The notes below the pieces were generated by a model that saw only the letters and a list, made by a program, of their open reading frames with translations, did no database searches and was not told the DNA's origin. A DNA stretch of 64,000 bases, taken from an uncultured Alphaproteobacteria bacterium. Its GTDB lineage: Bacteria; Pseudomonadota; Alphaproteobacteria; Rs-D84. Location of the stretch: the NCBI GenBank assembly GCA_947646585.1, contig CANSHD010000001.1, positions 313,210-377,209 of the forward strand. Reading direction: 5' to 3'. Position numbers and translations under genes: made by a program. Each line of letters starts with the position of its first letter. Positions within the stretch are counted from its first letter, which is position 1. Below are positions 17,295-27,346 of this stretch, piece by piece.

Positions 17295-19313
17295 TTAATA
17301 TTGCTGGCCGTCGACACTCATGCCGATTCTGAATTGAAACGTGGTTGTTCCGACATAGTCGTCCTTGATAGAATTATCGCGACGGTACTGCAAAGACATG
17401 TAATAGCACGGATGGGTATAGAAAACGCCGCCGGTATGACTGTGGAACGCGCGTTCGGTAAAGTTATATATTCCGTTCCATTGCAGGGCCCAACGTTGCG
17501 ACAGTTTTATTCCGGCGCCGATTGTCCCCTCGTTTATGTCATCGCCCTGGGTCTGGGCGTCGATAAAGCGCTGTGACCATATGTGGCCCAGAGATATGTA
17601 GTTGGCGCTGGTCCCGATGCGGCCTGTTGTTTCTATATGGCGCAGGGACAAATCCTCGCGGTCAACGCGAAAGCGCGACGCCATGTCGAACCACTTCATG
17701 TTGTTGTATCCGATGCGTCCGACATAGTCCGATGCGCCGTCGTGGAATCCGCTGTTGGGGTCGGTGTCCGCGCGGTCTTTGAAATCATACGTCTGGCCCA
17801 GAAATACCTCGAATGTATTTCCGCTGATGTTGTTAAACGCGGCCCAGCGAACGCCGTAATCGGCAAAAGTGCCGTTTTCCCACAGGTCCAGTCCGGCAAA
17901 GCGCTTGTCCGCGAACAGTGTCGCGTCCGATAAAAACGCCCCGGCCGAGTCGTTGTTCAGCGCAAACTGGTCGCGCGATGTGTATGCCATTGCGGTTAAA
18001 CGCGCGCGCGGTTCTATAACCTGGGACCAGGTCGCGCTGGGCCGGTACAGCGGCAGGCCCCATTCCAGATATCCGCTGGGCAGGAATCTGTTTTTTAATC
18101 CCGTAAACGTTTCGCCGGTCACCATGTCCGCATGGTCGAAATTATACACGTCGTATCGCGCGGCCAGACTGGCGGTGATTCTGTTGCCGCCCCACAGGGT
18201 CCACGGCGATGTTATGCGCGCGTCGCCTATTACGCGCTGGGACGCGGTGCCCGAACCGGATATCCCCAGTACATCCGCGCCGAATGTCATATATGTTTCC
18301 TCGTATATCGGGGCGGTCTGCCATACGCCGCGAATGTTGGGCAGTATGTCGCCCGACGGCGTTGAGTAGCGCCCGCCGCCACTGCTGCGCAGTTCCTGGA
18401 ACACATGCGCGTCGGCGACGACATATCCCGACTGGCCGAACAGTTCCAGGCGCGCGCCAGAATCCAGATACGGCTGGGAATTATAAAATCCGTATTTCTG
18501 CAGATATGTTTTGTCGGACGTGCGCTCCAGGAAAATGCTTGCGCGTGCGTATTCGCCCAGCTGAATTACATCGTCGTTGAAAATATGCCAGCGGTTTTCG
18601 CCGTCTTTGTTTCGCGTGAACGAACCGCGCGTGCGATACTGCGAGTGCTCCGCGTTCAAACGGTGTTCGGCCTTAAACAGCGGGTTTTCCTGGGTCAGGT
18701 ACGCCAGTGTAACCGTCATGTCCTGGTATTCCGACAGATAAACATAGAACGGTATGTTTATCATCGTTCCCATTTTGTTGGTCGATTCAAAGTCGGGCAT
18801 TAAAAATCCGGTCTTGTGCTTTACGCCCGGGTCCGGCATTTCAAATATCGGGAACCAGAACGCCGGCACGCCGTACACCCAGAAGACGGGATTGTAAAAG
18901 CGCAGCATTCGCGTCGCCATGTTGTGGCGCACGGTTGTGGCCGATATTGTCCATGCGTCGCCGTATGAATCGCATCCGTCGCATGCGGTAAATGTCGCGT
19001 CGCGCGCAATTGTTATGTCGCCTTCGCGCGTCACGCTTTCCGCATCGACATACACATGCTGCCCCAGCCATATTTTTATGTCGTCGCCCGCCAGGGCCGA
19101 GCCGTCTTTGGAAATATAGCTGTCGCGCAGGGTCATGCGCTGGCCCGACTGGTTTATTATTTCCGTATTGCCGGACGTCTGGATGGATTCTGATTTTATA
19201 TCGTATTCGATTTTGTCCGCGATGATTGTCTTTGGCTGGTCCAAATCAACAGACGCCGCGTTTGCCGCGCCGCATACAATGCCGGATAAAATCGTTACAT
19301 ATGCGCGTTTCAT
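17295..19313 (-). CDS. lptD: LPS-assembly outer membrane protein LptD (OstA).
   Basis: Signal peptide, OstA-like N-domain and a long beta-barrel with aromatic-rich strands. 4-nt overlap with upstream lptG. Confidence 0.8.
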   Translation of the reverse strand: MKRAYVTILSGIVCGAANAASVDLDQPKTIIADKIEYDIKSESIQTSGNTEIINQSGQRMTLRDSYISKDGSALAGDDIKIWLGQHVYVDAESVTREGDITIARDATFTACDGCDSYGDAWTISATTVRHNMATRMLRFYNPVFWVYGVPAFWFPIFEMPDPGVKHKTGFLMPDFESTNKMGTMINIPFYVYLSEYQDMTVTLAYLTQENPLFKAEHRLNAEHSQYRTRGSFTRNKDGENRWHIFNDDVIQLGEYARASIFLERTSDKTYLQKYGFYNSQPYLDSGARLELFGQSGYVVADAHVFQELRSSGGGRYSTPSGDILPNIRGVWQTAPIYEETYMTFGADVLGISGSGTASQRVIGDARITSPWTLWGGNRITASLAARYDVYNFDHADMVTGETFTGLKNRFLPSGYLEWGLPLYRPSATWSQVIEPRARLTAMAYTSRDQFALNNDSAGAFLSDATLFADKRFAGLDLWENGTFADYGVRWAAFNNISGNTFEVFLGQTYDFKDRADTDPNSGFHDGASDYVGRIGYNNMKWFDMASRFRVDREDLSLRHIETTGRIGTSANYISLGHIWSQRFIDAQTQGDDINEGTIGAGIKLSQRWALQWNGIYNFTERAFHSHTGGVFYTHPCYYMSLQYRRDNSIKDDYVGTTTFQFRIGMSVDGQQY

Positions 19314-20368
19314 TTCTTATACAGTGCAAATAAAACCCCGGCCAGCATCGCCAATATCACCGCGCCCAACGCAATAAACTGCGTTATGGACGAAACCATG
19401 TTTGATGCGGACATGAACGCCGCCATTACAACCGCCATCGCGGCGACGGCCATCGCCGGCGCAAAGCTGGCGCGGCGGCGCAACAAAGAAGACCGCAACA
19501 GTACCGCCGCGCACAGCGCCGCCAGTACCAGATTCATTATCGGTCCGTACAGTCGCGTGCACAGTTCCGACAACACCGCCTTGTGCTGTTTCGAGCTGGG
19601 GGCGTCGCGCAAATCGCGCAACAGTTCGCGCGTCGGTATGCGGCGCACGCGAAAGCTGCCGTTCATTCCCTTGTCCGCGACATTTAAGTCCATGTCGAAA
19701 TTTTCGAACGTGCCGACGGTTGTCGCACTGCCCGACGCCATCAGCGAACCGTTCGTCATAATAATCGACAGTCCGCGCAGTGTCGAAACCAGCTTGCCCT
19801 TTTCGGCAAAGATTGTTATCTGGTTGTCCTCGTCGCGCGTATCCGACAGCATTACCTGCGACAAATCGTGACCGGACACCTTGTCCACATATACGACCAG
19901 GCCGCCCGACATTTCCGTGAACGCCGCCTCTTGCAGTTTCATGTGCGCCAGACCGTACCGCAGGTTCCACTGGGTGTCGTAAAAGTTCCCCTGGGATGCG
20001 GGCACAATCCACAGGTTTAACGCAAAGTGCACCACGGTTAAAATCGCCGCCATAATCAACGCCGGCCGCGCCAGTTGCCCCGGCGACAGGGTTGACGCCG
20101 CCATAACGGTGATTTCATTGTCTGAAATCATCTTGTTGTATACCGATATCACGGCGATAAATGTGACGAACGGAATAATGATGGAAACGATAAAAGGCAC
20201 CATCAGCATGGTCAGCCCCAGAAAGTTCGTCAACTGTATCCCATAATTTAGCAGAAATTTCATCATCGACATAATCTGCACCATCCAGGCCAGTCCGGTC
20301 AGAACCAGCAGCAGCATAATGAATATCATCGCCAGCTGGCGCAAAAAATATCGGTTTATAATCTTCAT
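19310..20368 (-). CDS. lptG: LptF/LptG-family LPS export permease.
   Basis: Start 'MKIINRYFLRQ' is typical of the YjgP/YjgQ family. Six predicted TM helices with a central periplasmic domain. Sits directly upstream of lptD. Confidence 0.65.
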   Translation of the reverse strand: MKIINRYFLRQLAMIFIMLLLVLTGLAWMVQIMSMMKFLLNYGIQLTNFLGLTMLMVPFIVSIIIPFVTFIAVISVYNKMISDNEITVMAASTLSPGQLARPALIMAAILTVVHFALNLWIVPASQGNFYDTQWNLRYGLAHMKLQEAAFTEMSGGLVVYVDKVSGHDLSQVMLSDTRDEDNQITIFAEKGKLVSTLRGLSIIMTNGSLMASGSATTVGTFENFDMDLNVADKGMNGSFRVRRIPTRELLRDLRDAPSSKQHKAVLSELCTRLYGPIMNLVLAALCAAVLLRSSLLRRRASFAPAMAVAAMAVVMAAFMSASNMVSSITQFIALGAVILAMLAGVLFALYKK

Positions 20369-20532
20369 CACGCCCAGTATAAAGCGCAAAAAGAAACGCG
20401 TCAAATTTTTCTTGCGTTTTCTCGATTCGGGCTCCATAATATAAATGTTCTTAAAAGTTTTTTAAGGGCGGGGTTGAAAAACCCCGCTCTTATCATAAGA
20501 AGGCATCATAAAACAACATAAGGAGAAAACGA

Positions 20533-22071
20533 ATGTCTTTTGTTTCAATGCCGCGCCAGGATTTGCTGTTGGCTATCGACTCGTTGGCCCAGGAAAAGCT
20601 GATTGACCGCGAGATAGTCATTGAGTCGCTGGAGGCTGCGATTGCCAAGATTGCCAAGCACAAGTATGGCGAGGAGTTTAATATCGTTGCAAACATTGAC
20701 CGCAAAAACGGTGCTATTTATGTAAAGCGCCTGTTTGACGTTATTGAATCCCCGGCCGCGATGGGCGAAGATTATGATGCCGGCACCATGTTGACGGTTG
20801 CCCAGGCGAAAAAGTACGCCAAGAATCCGCAGGTCGGCGACGTTGTCGAAGACCCCCTGCCGGAGCCTGAATTCGGCCGCATGGCGTTCCAGACGGCCAA
20901 GCAGATTATGACCGCGCGCGTTCGCGACGCGGAAAAGGGCCGCCAGTATGAAGAATTCAAAGACAATATCGGCGACATTGTGTCGGGTGTTGTAAAGCGC
21001 ATTGAATTCGGCAACGTGTTCGTTGACATCAACGGCAAGGCCGAGGGATATATAAAGGGCACAGAACTGATTCCGGGCGAACGTCTGGCGGTGGGCGACC
21101 GCGTGCGCGCATTGATTATGGACGTTGCGCGTTCAAATACCGGCCCCCAGATTTTCTTAACCCGCACGCACCCGATGTTCATGGAAAAACTGTTCGTGCA
21201 GGAGGTTCCGGAAATTTACGAAGGTGTTATCAAAATCAAATCCGTTTCCCGTGCGCCGGGCTCTCACGCCAAGATTGCGGTCGAGACCCAGGACCCGTCC
21301 ATCGACGCGGTCGGCATGACGGTCGGTATCAAGGGTACCCGTATTCAGCCGGTTATTAACGAATGCCATGGCGAAAAGATTGACGTTATCCTGTATTCCG
21401 AAGACCCGGCGGTGTTCATCGTCAACGCGATGCAGCCGGCCAAGGTCGCCAAGATTATCGTTGATGAAGACACGCGCACGGCCGCCGTTGTCGTGACCGA
21501 GGACCAGCAGTCGCTGGCAATCGGTCGTCGCGGCCAGAATGTGCGCCTGGCGTCCCAGTTGACGGGATGGAACATTGACGTTATGAACGAGGCCGAAGAA
21601 CAGGAACGCCGCGCCAAGGAATTCAAGGAAAAGACGGAACTGTTTATAAAGGGTCTGGACGTTGATGAAATGATTGCGCACCTGTTGATTACCGAAGGTT
21701 TCCGCACAATCGAAGAAATCGCGTTTGTTGACATTTCCGAACTGGAATCGATTGAGGGCTTTAATGCGGAACTGGCCACGGAACTGCAGACACGTGCCAA
21801 GGCGTACCTGGACAAGATTGAACAGGATTATCTGGACGAGGGGCACAAAATCGGCATGTCGGACGATTTGCTGACGTTTGACTTTATCAAGCGCCCGATA
21901 ATCATGAAACTGGGTGAAAACGGCATTAAGTCTTTGGCGGATTTGGCGGACCTGGCGTCCGACGAATTGGTCGAGATTTTGGGCGAAGACATGATGAGCC
22001 CGCGGCTCGCCGCCCGCGTTATCATGAAGGCGCGCGAAATCGCATATGATATCCGGCAGGACGAGGAATAA
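20533..22071 (+). CDS. nusA: Transcription termination and antitermination factor NusA.
   Basis: S1 domain, KH domains ('IGRRGQNVRLASQLTGW') and C-terminal acidic HhH repeats. Followed by infB. Confidence 0.9.
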   Translation: MSFVSMPRQDLLLAIDSLAQEKLIDREIVIESLEAAIAKIAKHKYGEEFNIVANIDRKNGAIYVKRLFDVIESPAAMGEDYDAGTMLTVAQAKKYAKNPQVGDVVEDPLPEPEFGRMAFQTAKQIMTARVRDAEKGRQYEEFKDNIGDIVSGVVKRIEFGNVFVDINGKAEGYIKGTELIPGERLAVGDRVRALIMDVARSNTGPQIFLTRTHPMFMEKLFVQEVPEIYEGVIKIKSVSRAPGSHAKIAVETQDPSIDAVGMTVGIKGTRIQPVINECHGEKIDVILYSEDPAVFIVNAMQPAKVAKIIVDEDTRTAAVVVTEDQQSLAIGRRGQNVRLASQLTGWNIDVMNEAEEQERRAKEFKEKTELFIKGLDVDEMIAHLLITEGFRTIEEIAFVDISELESIEGFNAELATELQTRAKAYLDKIEQDYLDEGHKIGMSDDLLTFDFIKRPIIMKLGENGIKSLADLADLASDELVEILGEDMMSPRLAARVIMKAREIAYDIRQDEE

Positions 22072-22132
22072 AACAATATAAAAACAAACGCGGGCGCGTT
22101 CCGCCACGACAACAAAACGAGGATAAGTTTAT

Positions 22133-24517
22133 ATGGCAACATTAACACTTGGAAAATCTGTGACAATAGATCAGGTCGCAAGCAAAAAGGGCGATGCCGT
22201 TTTTGTAGAGCGCCGTCGTCGGGTCGTGGCGCCGGGCACGCGTGAGCTGCGTGAAGAGCCGAACAAACCCGCGCCCGCCCGCAATGCGGCCGATGAGAAA
22301 CTGCGCGCGGTTTTAGAGGCCGCCCGCGCCCGCGAGGAAGAGCGTCGTGCCCGCGAGGCCACCGAGGCCGCGGCGGCCGCTGCCCGCGCCGCCGAGATAG
22401 AGCGTGAAACGCGCGAGTACGAGCAGGTAAAGGAACAGCTGGCCGCGCGTGAAAACGCCATCGCGGAGGTAGAGGAGAAACCGGCCCCCGAAAAACCAAA
22501 GGCCGCCGCCCCGCAAAAGACGTTTTCAAGTCCCACCCCGCGCCAAAATCGCGGCGGCGATGACGAGGATACGCGTCCCGGCAACCGTAATTCGCACAGC
22601 AAATCCAAAGATTTCAAAAAGGGCGGCAAGATTTCATTGCATGACATTGTCATGGGCGATGACGACGATGAAATCGCACTGCGCGGTGCAAACCGCCGTC
22701 GTTCCGAGGCATCGCTGAAACGTTTCCGTGAAAAGGCGCGCGCCATGTTCACCGCCCCGCAAAAGGTTTCGCACGAGGTTGTGTTGGGCGACACCATCAC
22801 GGTCAAAGATTTGGCGGCGGCGATGGCGGAAAAGGTCGGCAACGTTGTTAAAAAGTTAATGGAAATGGGCATGATGGCGTCCCAGAACCAGTCCATTGAC
22901 GCCGACACCGCGGAATTGGTTGCGGCCGAATTCGGCGCGACGGTAAAGCGTGTTGACGTAAAGCCGTACGCCGAAATTCTGGAACGCGAACCGAACCCGG
23001 AAAATTTGACGCCGCGCGCACCCGTTGTGACGGTTGTGGGCCACGTTGACCATGGCAAGACGTCGCTGCTGGACGCATTTCGCAATGCGAACGTCGCCGC
23101 GCGCGAGGCCGGCGGCATAACCCAGCACGTGTCCGCGTACGAGGTTCAGTCCAAATCCGGTCCGATGATAACGTTTTTGGATACGCCAGGTCACGAAACA
23201 TTTACGGCCATGCGTGCCCGTGGCGCCCAGATGGCGGATATCGTCGTGCTGGTTGTGGCGGCCAATGATTCCATCATGCCCCAGACGATTGAGGCGATTA
23301 ACCACATTCGCGCGGCCAAGGTTCCGTTCATTGTCGCAATCAACAAAATTGATTTGCCGGAGGCGAACCCGACCCGCGTCAAGACGGACCTGTTACAGCA
23401 AGAGGTTCAGGTCGAGGAAATGGGCGGCGATGTTCAGTGTGTTGAAATATCCGCAACCAAGAAAATCGGTCTGGACAAATTGGAAGACGCCATTTTGTTG
23501 CAGGCGGAAATGATGGATTTAAAGGCGGACGCCGACATGCCGGCCGTGGCGTATGTGGTAGAGGCGAAAATGGAAAAGGGCCTGGGCTCTGTCGCAACGG
23601 TTTTGATGCGCCAGGGTACGCTGAAAATCGGCGACGTGTTTGTGGTCGGCGAAACATTCGGCCGCGTGCGTGGTTTAATTAACTCGGCCGGGGCGCGTGT
23701 AAAGTCTGTCAAACCGGGCCAGCCGGTCGTGGTATTGGGCCTGGATGCGGTTCCGAACGCGGGTGACGAACTGCGCGTTATGGAAACCGATGCCCAGGCG
23801 CGCGAGGTCGCGGCCTATCGCATCCAAAAGGCCAAGGACAAGGCGAACGCGATTAAGCGCTCGTCATTGGAGGAATTGTTCGCCAAACGTGACGAGAACA
23901 AGAAATTGACATTGCCGGTTATCCTGCGCGCCGACGTTCAGGGGTCCGTTGAGGCTATTTCCGACATGTTAAAGGAAATCAATACGGACAAGGCGGCGGT
24001 TGAGCTGATGTCGGCCGGCGTCGGCCAGATTACAGAGGGCGACATCCGTCTGGCCACGGCGTCCGGCGCGGTTATCATCGCGTTTAACGTTCGCGCCGAT
24101 GCGGCGGTTCGCGACATGGCGCGTGCGGGCAACGTCGATATCCGCTATCACAGTGTTGTGTACCGCATCACGGACGAGATAAAGGAAATCCTGTCGGGTA
24201 AACTGGCACCGGAAAAGCGTGAAAACTTTATCGGATACGCCGATGTTATCGCACTGTTCACGGTGGGCAAGGGCACGCGCGTGGCCGGTTGCCGCATGTC
24301 AGAGGGCGTGATAAAGAAAGATGCGTTCGTGCGCCTGCTGCGCAACAATGTCGTTATCTATGACGGCAAGATTGGCGAGTTGCGTCGTGAAAAGAACGAG
24401 GTCAAGGAAGTGTCCGGCGGCGTAGAATTCGGTATGTCGTTTGACAAGTACAATGACTTGAAAGAGGGCGACCGCGTCGAATGTTACGAGGTCGAAGAGG
24501 TTCGCGCCCAGCTGTAA
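22133..24517 (+). CDS. infB: Translation initiation factor IF-2.
   Basis: Ala/Glu/Arg-rich N-terminus. G-domain '[12 protein letters not shown]', 'DTPGHE', 'NKID'. C-terminal beta-barrel domains. Confidence 0.9.
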   Translation: MATLTLGKSVTIDQVASKKGDAVFVERRRRVVAPGTRELREEPNKPAPARNAADEKLRAVLEAARAREEERRAREATEAAAAAARAAEIERETREYEQVKEQLAARENAIAEVEEKPAPEKPKAAAPQKTFSSPTPRQNRGGDDEDTRPGNRNSHSKSKDFKKGGKISLHDIVMGDDDDEIALRGANRRRSEASLKRFREKARAMFTAPQKVSHEVVLGDTITVKDLAAAMAEKVGNVVKKLMEMGMMASQNQSIDADTAELVAAEFGATVKRVDVKPYAEILEREPNPENLTPRAPVVTVVGHVDHGKTSLLDAFRNANVAAREAGGITQHVSAYEVQSKSGPMITFLDTPGHETFTAMRARGAQMADIVVLVVAANDSIMPQTIEAINHIRAAKVPFIVAINKIDLPEANPTRVKTDLLQQEVQVEEMGGDVQCVEISATKKIGLDKLEDAILLQAEMMDLKADADMPAVAYVVEAKMEKGLGSVATVLMRQGTLKIGDVFVVGETFGRVRGLINSAGARVKSVKPGQPVVVLGLDAVPNAGDELRVMETDAQAREVAAYRIQKAKDKANAIKRSSLEELFAKRDENKKLTLPVILRADVQGSVEAISDMLKEINTDKAAVELMSAGVGQITEGDIRLATASGAVIIAFNVRADAAVRDMARAGNVDIRYHSVVYRITDEIKEILSGKLAPEKRENFIGYADVIALFTVGKGTRVAGCRMSEGVIKKDAFVRLLRNNVVIYDGKIGELRREKNEVKEVSGGVEFGMSFDKYNDLKEGDRVECYEVEEVRAQL

Positions 24518-24529
24518 GCGTTAAAAACA

Positions 24530-24566
24530 AAAAGCAAAACGCCCCGTCCGGGGCGTTTTTTCTGGA
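24530..24566 (+). terminator. Rho-independent terminator after infB.
   Basis: 'aacgccccgtccggggcgtt' followed by a T-run. Confidence 0.7.
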
Positions 24567-24777
24567 TTGCCACGGTCATTTCACTCCCTCGCAATGACAA
24601 TCGTTCCGGGGCCACTGTCATTGCGAGGAGGCGCTTGCGCCGACGTGGCAATCCAGAAATAAAGCGGCAAAGTTCATCATTTACTGGACCGTCACGCATA
24701 CGCTCGCGGTGACAATGTGCTTAAGCGCGACATTATGCACCTTTGTCATTGCGAGCCCGCAGGGCGCGGCAATCCAG
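24562..24777. repeat. MITE/REP-like element cluster (locus 2).
   Basis: Begins with the inverted terminus 'CTGGATTGCCACG'. Contains 'TGTCATTGCGAGGAGGCGCTTGCGCCGACGTGGCAATCCAGAA' and the 'GTCATTGCGAGCCCGCAGGGCGCGGCAATCCAG' variant. Confidence 0.75.
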
Positions 24778-24811
24778 TAAATATTTGCTTTTCTCAAGTT
24801 TTCTGATATAA

Positions 24812-24973
24812 TTCACAACGCATCGGGTGATACCCGGTGTGAGGTGTAGAAACCTCCTAAAAGGAAAAACTCCACGATTGGTTGGAGGCCCGTGATATAT
24901 CCAAATAAGCGGGACTATCTTTTAGTAGTTTCTAACCTCCAACCGCCCTTCATCACGGCGGTGTTTTTATTTT
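24812..24973 (+). ncRNA. Candidate structured leader or small RNA ending in an intrinsic terminator, upstream of the XRE regulator gene.
   Basis: Nested hairpins cggg/cccg, gaggt/acctc, and a 9-bp long-range stem ggttggagg…cctccaacc. Terminator 'accgcc-cttcatcac-ggcggt' plus T8 sits 20 nt before the XRE SD. Confidence 0.3.
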
Positions 24974-24994
24974 TAAAAACCATTGGAGGAAAAA

Positions 24995-25279
24995 ATGAAA
25001 TCAGAAAAACCGGATGAAATGGCCCTGCGTCTTGGCTCTGCATTACGACATGCGCGGATTGCATGCCGCATGGACCTGAACGAGGCGGCCACGCTGTTGC
25101 GTATAACACCCAAAGAGCTGGGGTATTACGAGCGCGGCGTATCAAAAATGCCAACAGATATAATAGAACGTATGGTGTTGTTGGGCTATAAAATGATAAG
25201 GATGCGTGTTCTGGAAAATACGTATCGTCGGTATCGAAACATATTTCGTAGATTATCCGCAATAGAGCGAGATAAATAA
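24995..25279 (+). CDS. XRE-family helix-turn-helix transcriptional regulator.
   Basis: HTH 'LNEAATLLRITPKELGYYERG'. SD ggagg 6 nt before the ATG. Confidence 0.6.
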   Translation: MKSEKPDEMALRLGSALRHARIACRMDLNEAATLLRITPKELGYYERGVSKMPTDIIERMVLLGYKMIRMRVLENTYRRYRNIFRRLSAIERDK

Positions 25280-25310
25280 TAAAAAATCCCGCCAAACGGC
25301 GGGGATTTTT

Positions 25311-25754
25311 TTATTCGGCTTTGTCTTTGATGTCCATCATGGCGCTAAACGTTGCCTCGGCCACTTTTTTGCCGGCAACCATCGCGATGCCGTGGAATTT
25401 AAACATGCGCATTTTTGACTGAATCAATTCAACGTGCAATTCCAACGTGTCGCCCGGGTGCACCATGTGCGAGAATTTGATTTTCTCCATAGTGGTAAAG
25501 TACCCCAGCGCGTTCCCGTCCGTTAAGCCCAATTTATTCAACGCAATAAAGCACGCTGTCTGGGCCAGTGCCTCTATCTGCAGCACACCCGGCATAATCG
25601 GCTTGCCCGGGAAGTGGCCCGCGCACCAGAATTCATCGTCGCGCACATATTTGATGCCGACGCCGCTGTTTTCGTTGTATTCGCGTATCTCATCGACCAG
25701 GCGCATATGGCCGCGATGAGGAATTACCTTTTCTATTTCCTTTGCACCCAACAT
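25311..25754 (-). CDS. fabZ: 3-hydroxyacyl-ACP dehydratase FabZ.
   Basis: 'IPHRGHMRLVDEI' and 'FWCAGHFPGKPIMPGVLQIEALAQ' are hot-dog fold catalytic His/Glu motifs. Confidence 0.9.
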   Translation of the reverse strand: MLGAKEIEKVIPHRGHMRLVDEIREYNENSGVGIKYVRDDEFWCAGHFPGKPIMPGVLQIEALAQTACFIALNKLGLTDGNALGYFTTMEKIKFSHMVHPGDTLELHVELIQSKMRMFKFHGIAMVAGKKVAEATFSAMMDIKDKAE

Positions 25755-25774
25755 TGATGCCTCTCCTTTTCTTT

Positions 25775-26827
25775 TTATTTTGTGGTTTTTGCCATGCGGC
25801 GCAAAATGGCGTAATGCCGCATGAACTCGGTCCCCGGCCCGGCAGGATAACCCATATACCGCTGTCCGTCCGGAATATTGCGGAATACGCCGGACTGTGC
25901 ACCAACCTCTGCATCATTTCCGATATGTACCCCATTTGCAATTCCAACATGCCCGCCCAGCAGCGCACGGTCACCGATAACCGTGCCACCGGCGATTCCA
26001 ACACCCGATGCCAAAAAGCATTCCGCGCCGATAACGACACCGTGCGCAATCTGGCACAGGTTGTCAATTTTTGTCCCATCGCCCACGCGCGTATCCGTCA
26101 TCGCGCCGCGGTCGATGCATGTGTTCGCGCCGACCGACACGCGGTCGCCCAAAACAACGCGGCCCGTGTGCGGGATAAATACGTTGTGCCCGTCCTGGCG
26201 GGTGTAACCAAATCCGTCTTTGCCGATGACGGCGCCGGCGTTGATTACGCAATCCGCGCCGATTGTGGCGTTTTCAATATGTGCGCCCGTCTGCACGATT
26301 GTGCCGCGCCCGATTGTGACGTTCGGCCCGATATATGCGCCGGGATATATTTTTACGTCCGGCTCTATCACCGCGCCGCGTTCGATTGTGACGAACTGGG
26401 CCACATAAACGGTTTTCTTTTTGCGAAAGAACACCGTTCGGTCGATAACCGCGCGCCGGTCAATGCCATAGCGGGGCTTTTCCTTATAAATCTCGCCCAG
26501 GATTTTTACAATGTTTCCGCGCGGACTGTCCGTTATCAACAGGGTCGCGCCCTGTGGTGCATGTTTCGCCTGTTCGGGTTGGACCAAAATAACGGACGCA
26601 CGGGTGTTTTCCAGCACCTCTATCGGCAGGATTTTAAACGCCGCGCTGTTTTGCTCGGTCGAATAAAACGCCAGCTGGCCCGGCTTTGCATCGGCAATCG
26701 GCGCCACGCCGCAGACCGGCGTCGCGGCGTCCCCGCGCAGTTCCAATCCAAATTTTTCGGCGATTTCGCCGGCGGTCGTTTGCGTGGCCTGACCGCGGCC
26801 GACTAAAGACATAATTATTCTAAACAT
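25775..26827 (-). CDS. lpxD: UDP-3-O-(3-hydroxyacyl)glucosamine N-acyltransferase LpxD.
   Basis: Extensive left-handed beta-helix hexapeptide repeats (IGxxxxIGxxVxI…). N-terminal 'ELRGD' region. Start is placed at MFRIIMSL, and the MSLVG alternative is equally possible. Confidence 0.8.
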   Translation of the reverse strand: MFRIIMSLVGRGQATQTTAGEIAEKFGLELRGDAATPVCGVAPIADAKPGQLAFYSTEQNSAAFKILPIEVLENTRASVILVQPEQAKHAPQGATLLITDSPRGNIVKILGEIYKEKPRYGIDRRAVIDRTVFFRKKKTVYVAQFVTIERGAVIEPDVKIYPGAYIGPNVTIGRGTIVQTGAHIENATIGADCVINAGAVIGKDGFGYTRQDGHNVFIPHTGRVVLGDRVSVGANTCIDRGAMTDTRVGDGTKIDNLCQIAHGVVIGAECFLASGVGIAGGTVIGDRALLGGHVGIANGVHIGNDAEVGAQSGVFRNIPDGQRYMGYPAGPGTEFMRHYAILRRMAKTTK

Positions 26828-26876
26828 GCGGTGATTATAGCCGCAAAAAAAGAAAATAAAAGAAAATTCGTGCGCG

Positions 26877-27239
26877 TTACCGTTTGCGGGAATTTTGCGC
26901 GATAATGCTGGACACCTGGGCCAGTGACATTGCCGACATGCGCTCAACCGTGCGCAGGCAGCCATCGGTGGCCGAAATCTCTATCAGTCCTTCGAACATT
27001 TGGGGAATGTCACGCTCCATGCGGGCCATGTGCCGCTGCTGGGCGATGGTGACGGCGTGCATCTGGGATACGGTGTTGCATGCCGCCTCGTGCAGAATGC
27101 GAACCGCGCTGAACCGGCGGTTAATCACGCCGATTTTTTCACAGTACTGGTCCAATGCGCGACAAAACGACAGGTACAGCATGCTGGACGCATTTGCCGT
27201 ATCTGTTTTATCCAAAATTTTCGGTGCCGTTTTTTTCAT
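26877..27239 (-). CDS. Hypothetical protein, 120 aa.
   Basis: GC3-rich codon usage on the minus strand. The plus-strand shadow ORF is Arg/Ser/Cys-rich. No domain recognised. Confidence 0.35.
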   Translation of the reverse strand: MKKTAPKILDKTDTANASSMLYLSFCRALDQYCEKIGVINRRFSAVRILHEAACNTVSQMHAVTIAQQRHMARMERDIPQMFEGLIEISATDGCLRTVERMSAMSLAQVSSIIAQNSRKR

Positions 27240-27346
27240 CAGACCCCGAAAATATCACAGCCGCGCCGTTTGTCAACCCGTTTGTTGGAAAATTTAACTT
27301 TTCCGATACGTTTTTTTATGGTAAAATTTAACGAAAGCGAGAGAAA

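Noticed and set aside
21157-23118. Long minus-strand ORFs (316 aa and 315 aa) overlapping nusA and infB.
   Set aside because: Antisense to highly conserved genes. Low-complexity Arg/Ala/Ser-rich translations.
24915-25295. 126-aa minus-strand ORF overlapping the XRE regulator gene and the structured leader.
   Set aside because: Phe/Leu/Pro-rich translation of an AT-rich antisense strand. The plus-strand XRE ORF has a clear SD and HTH motif.
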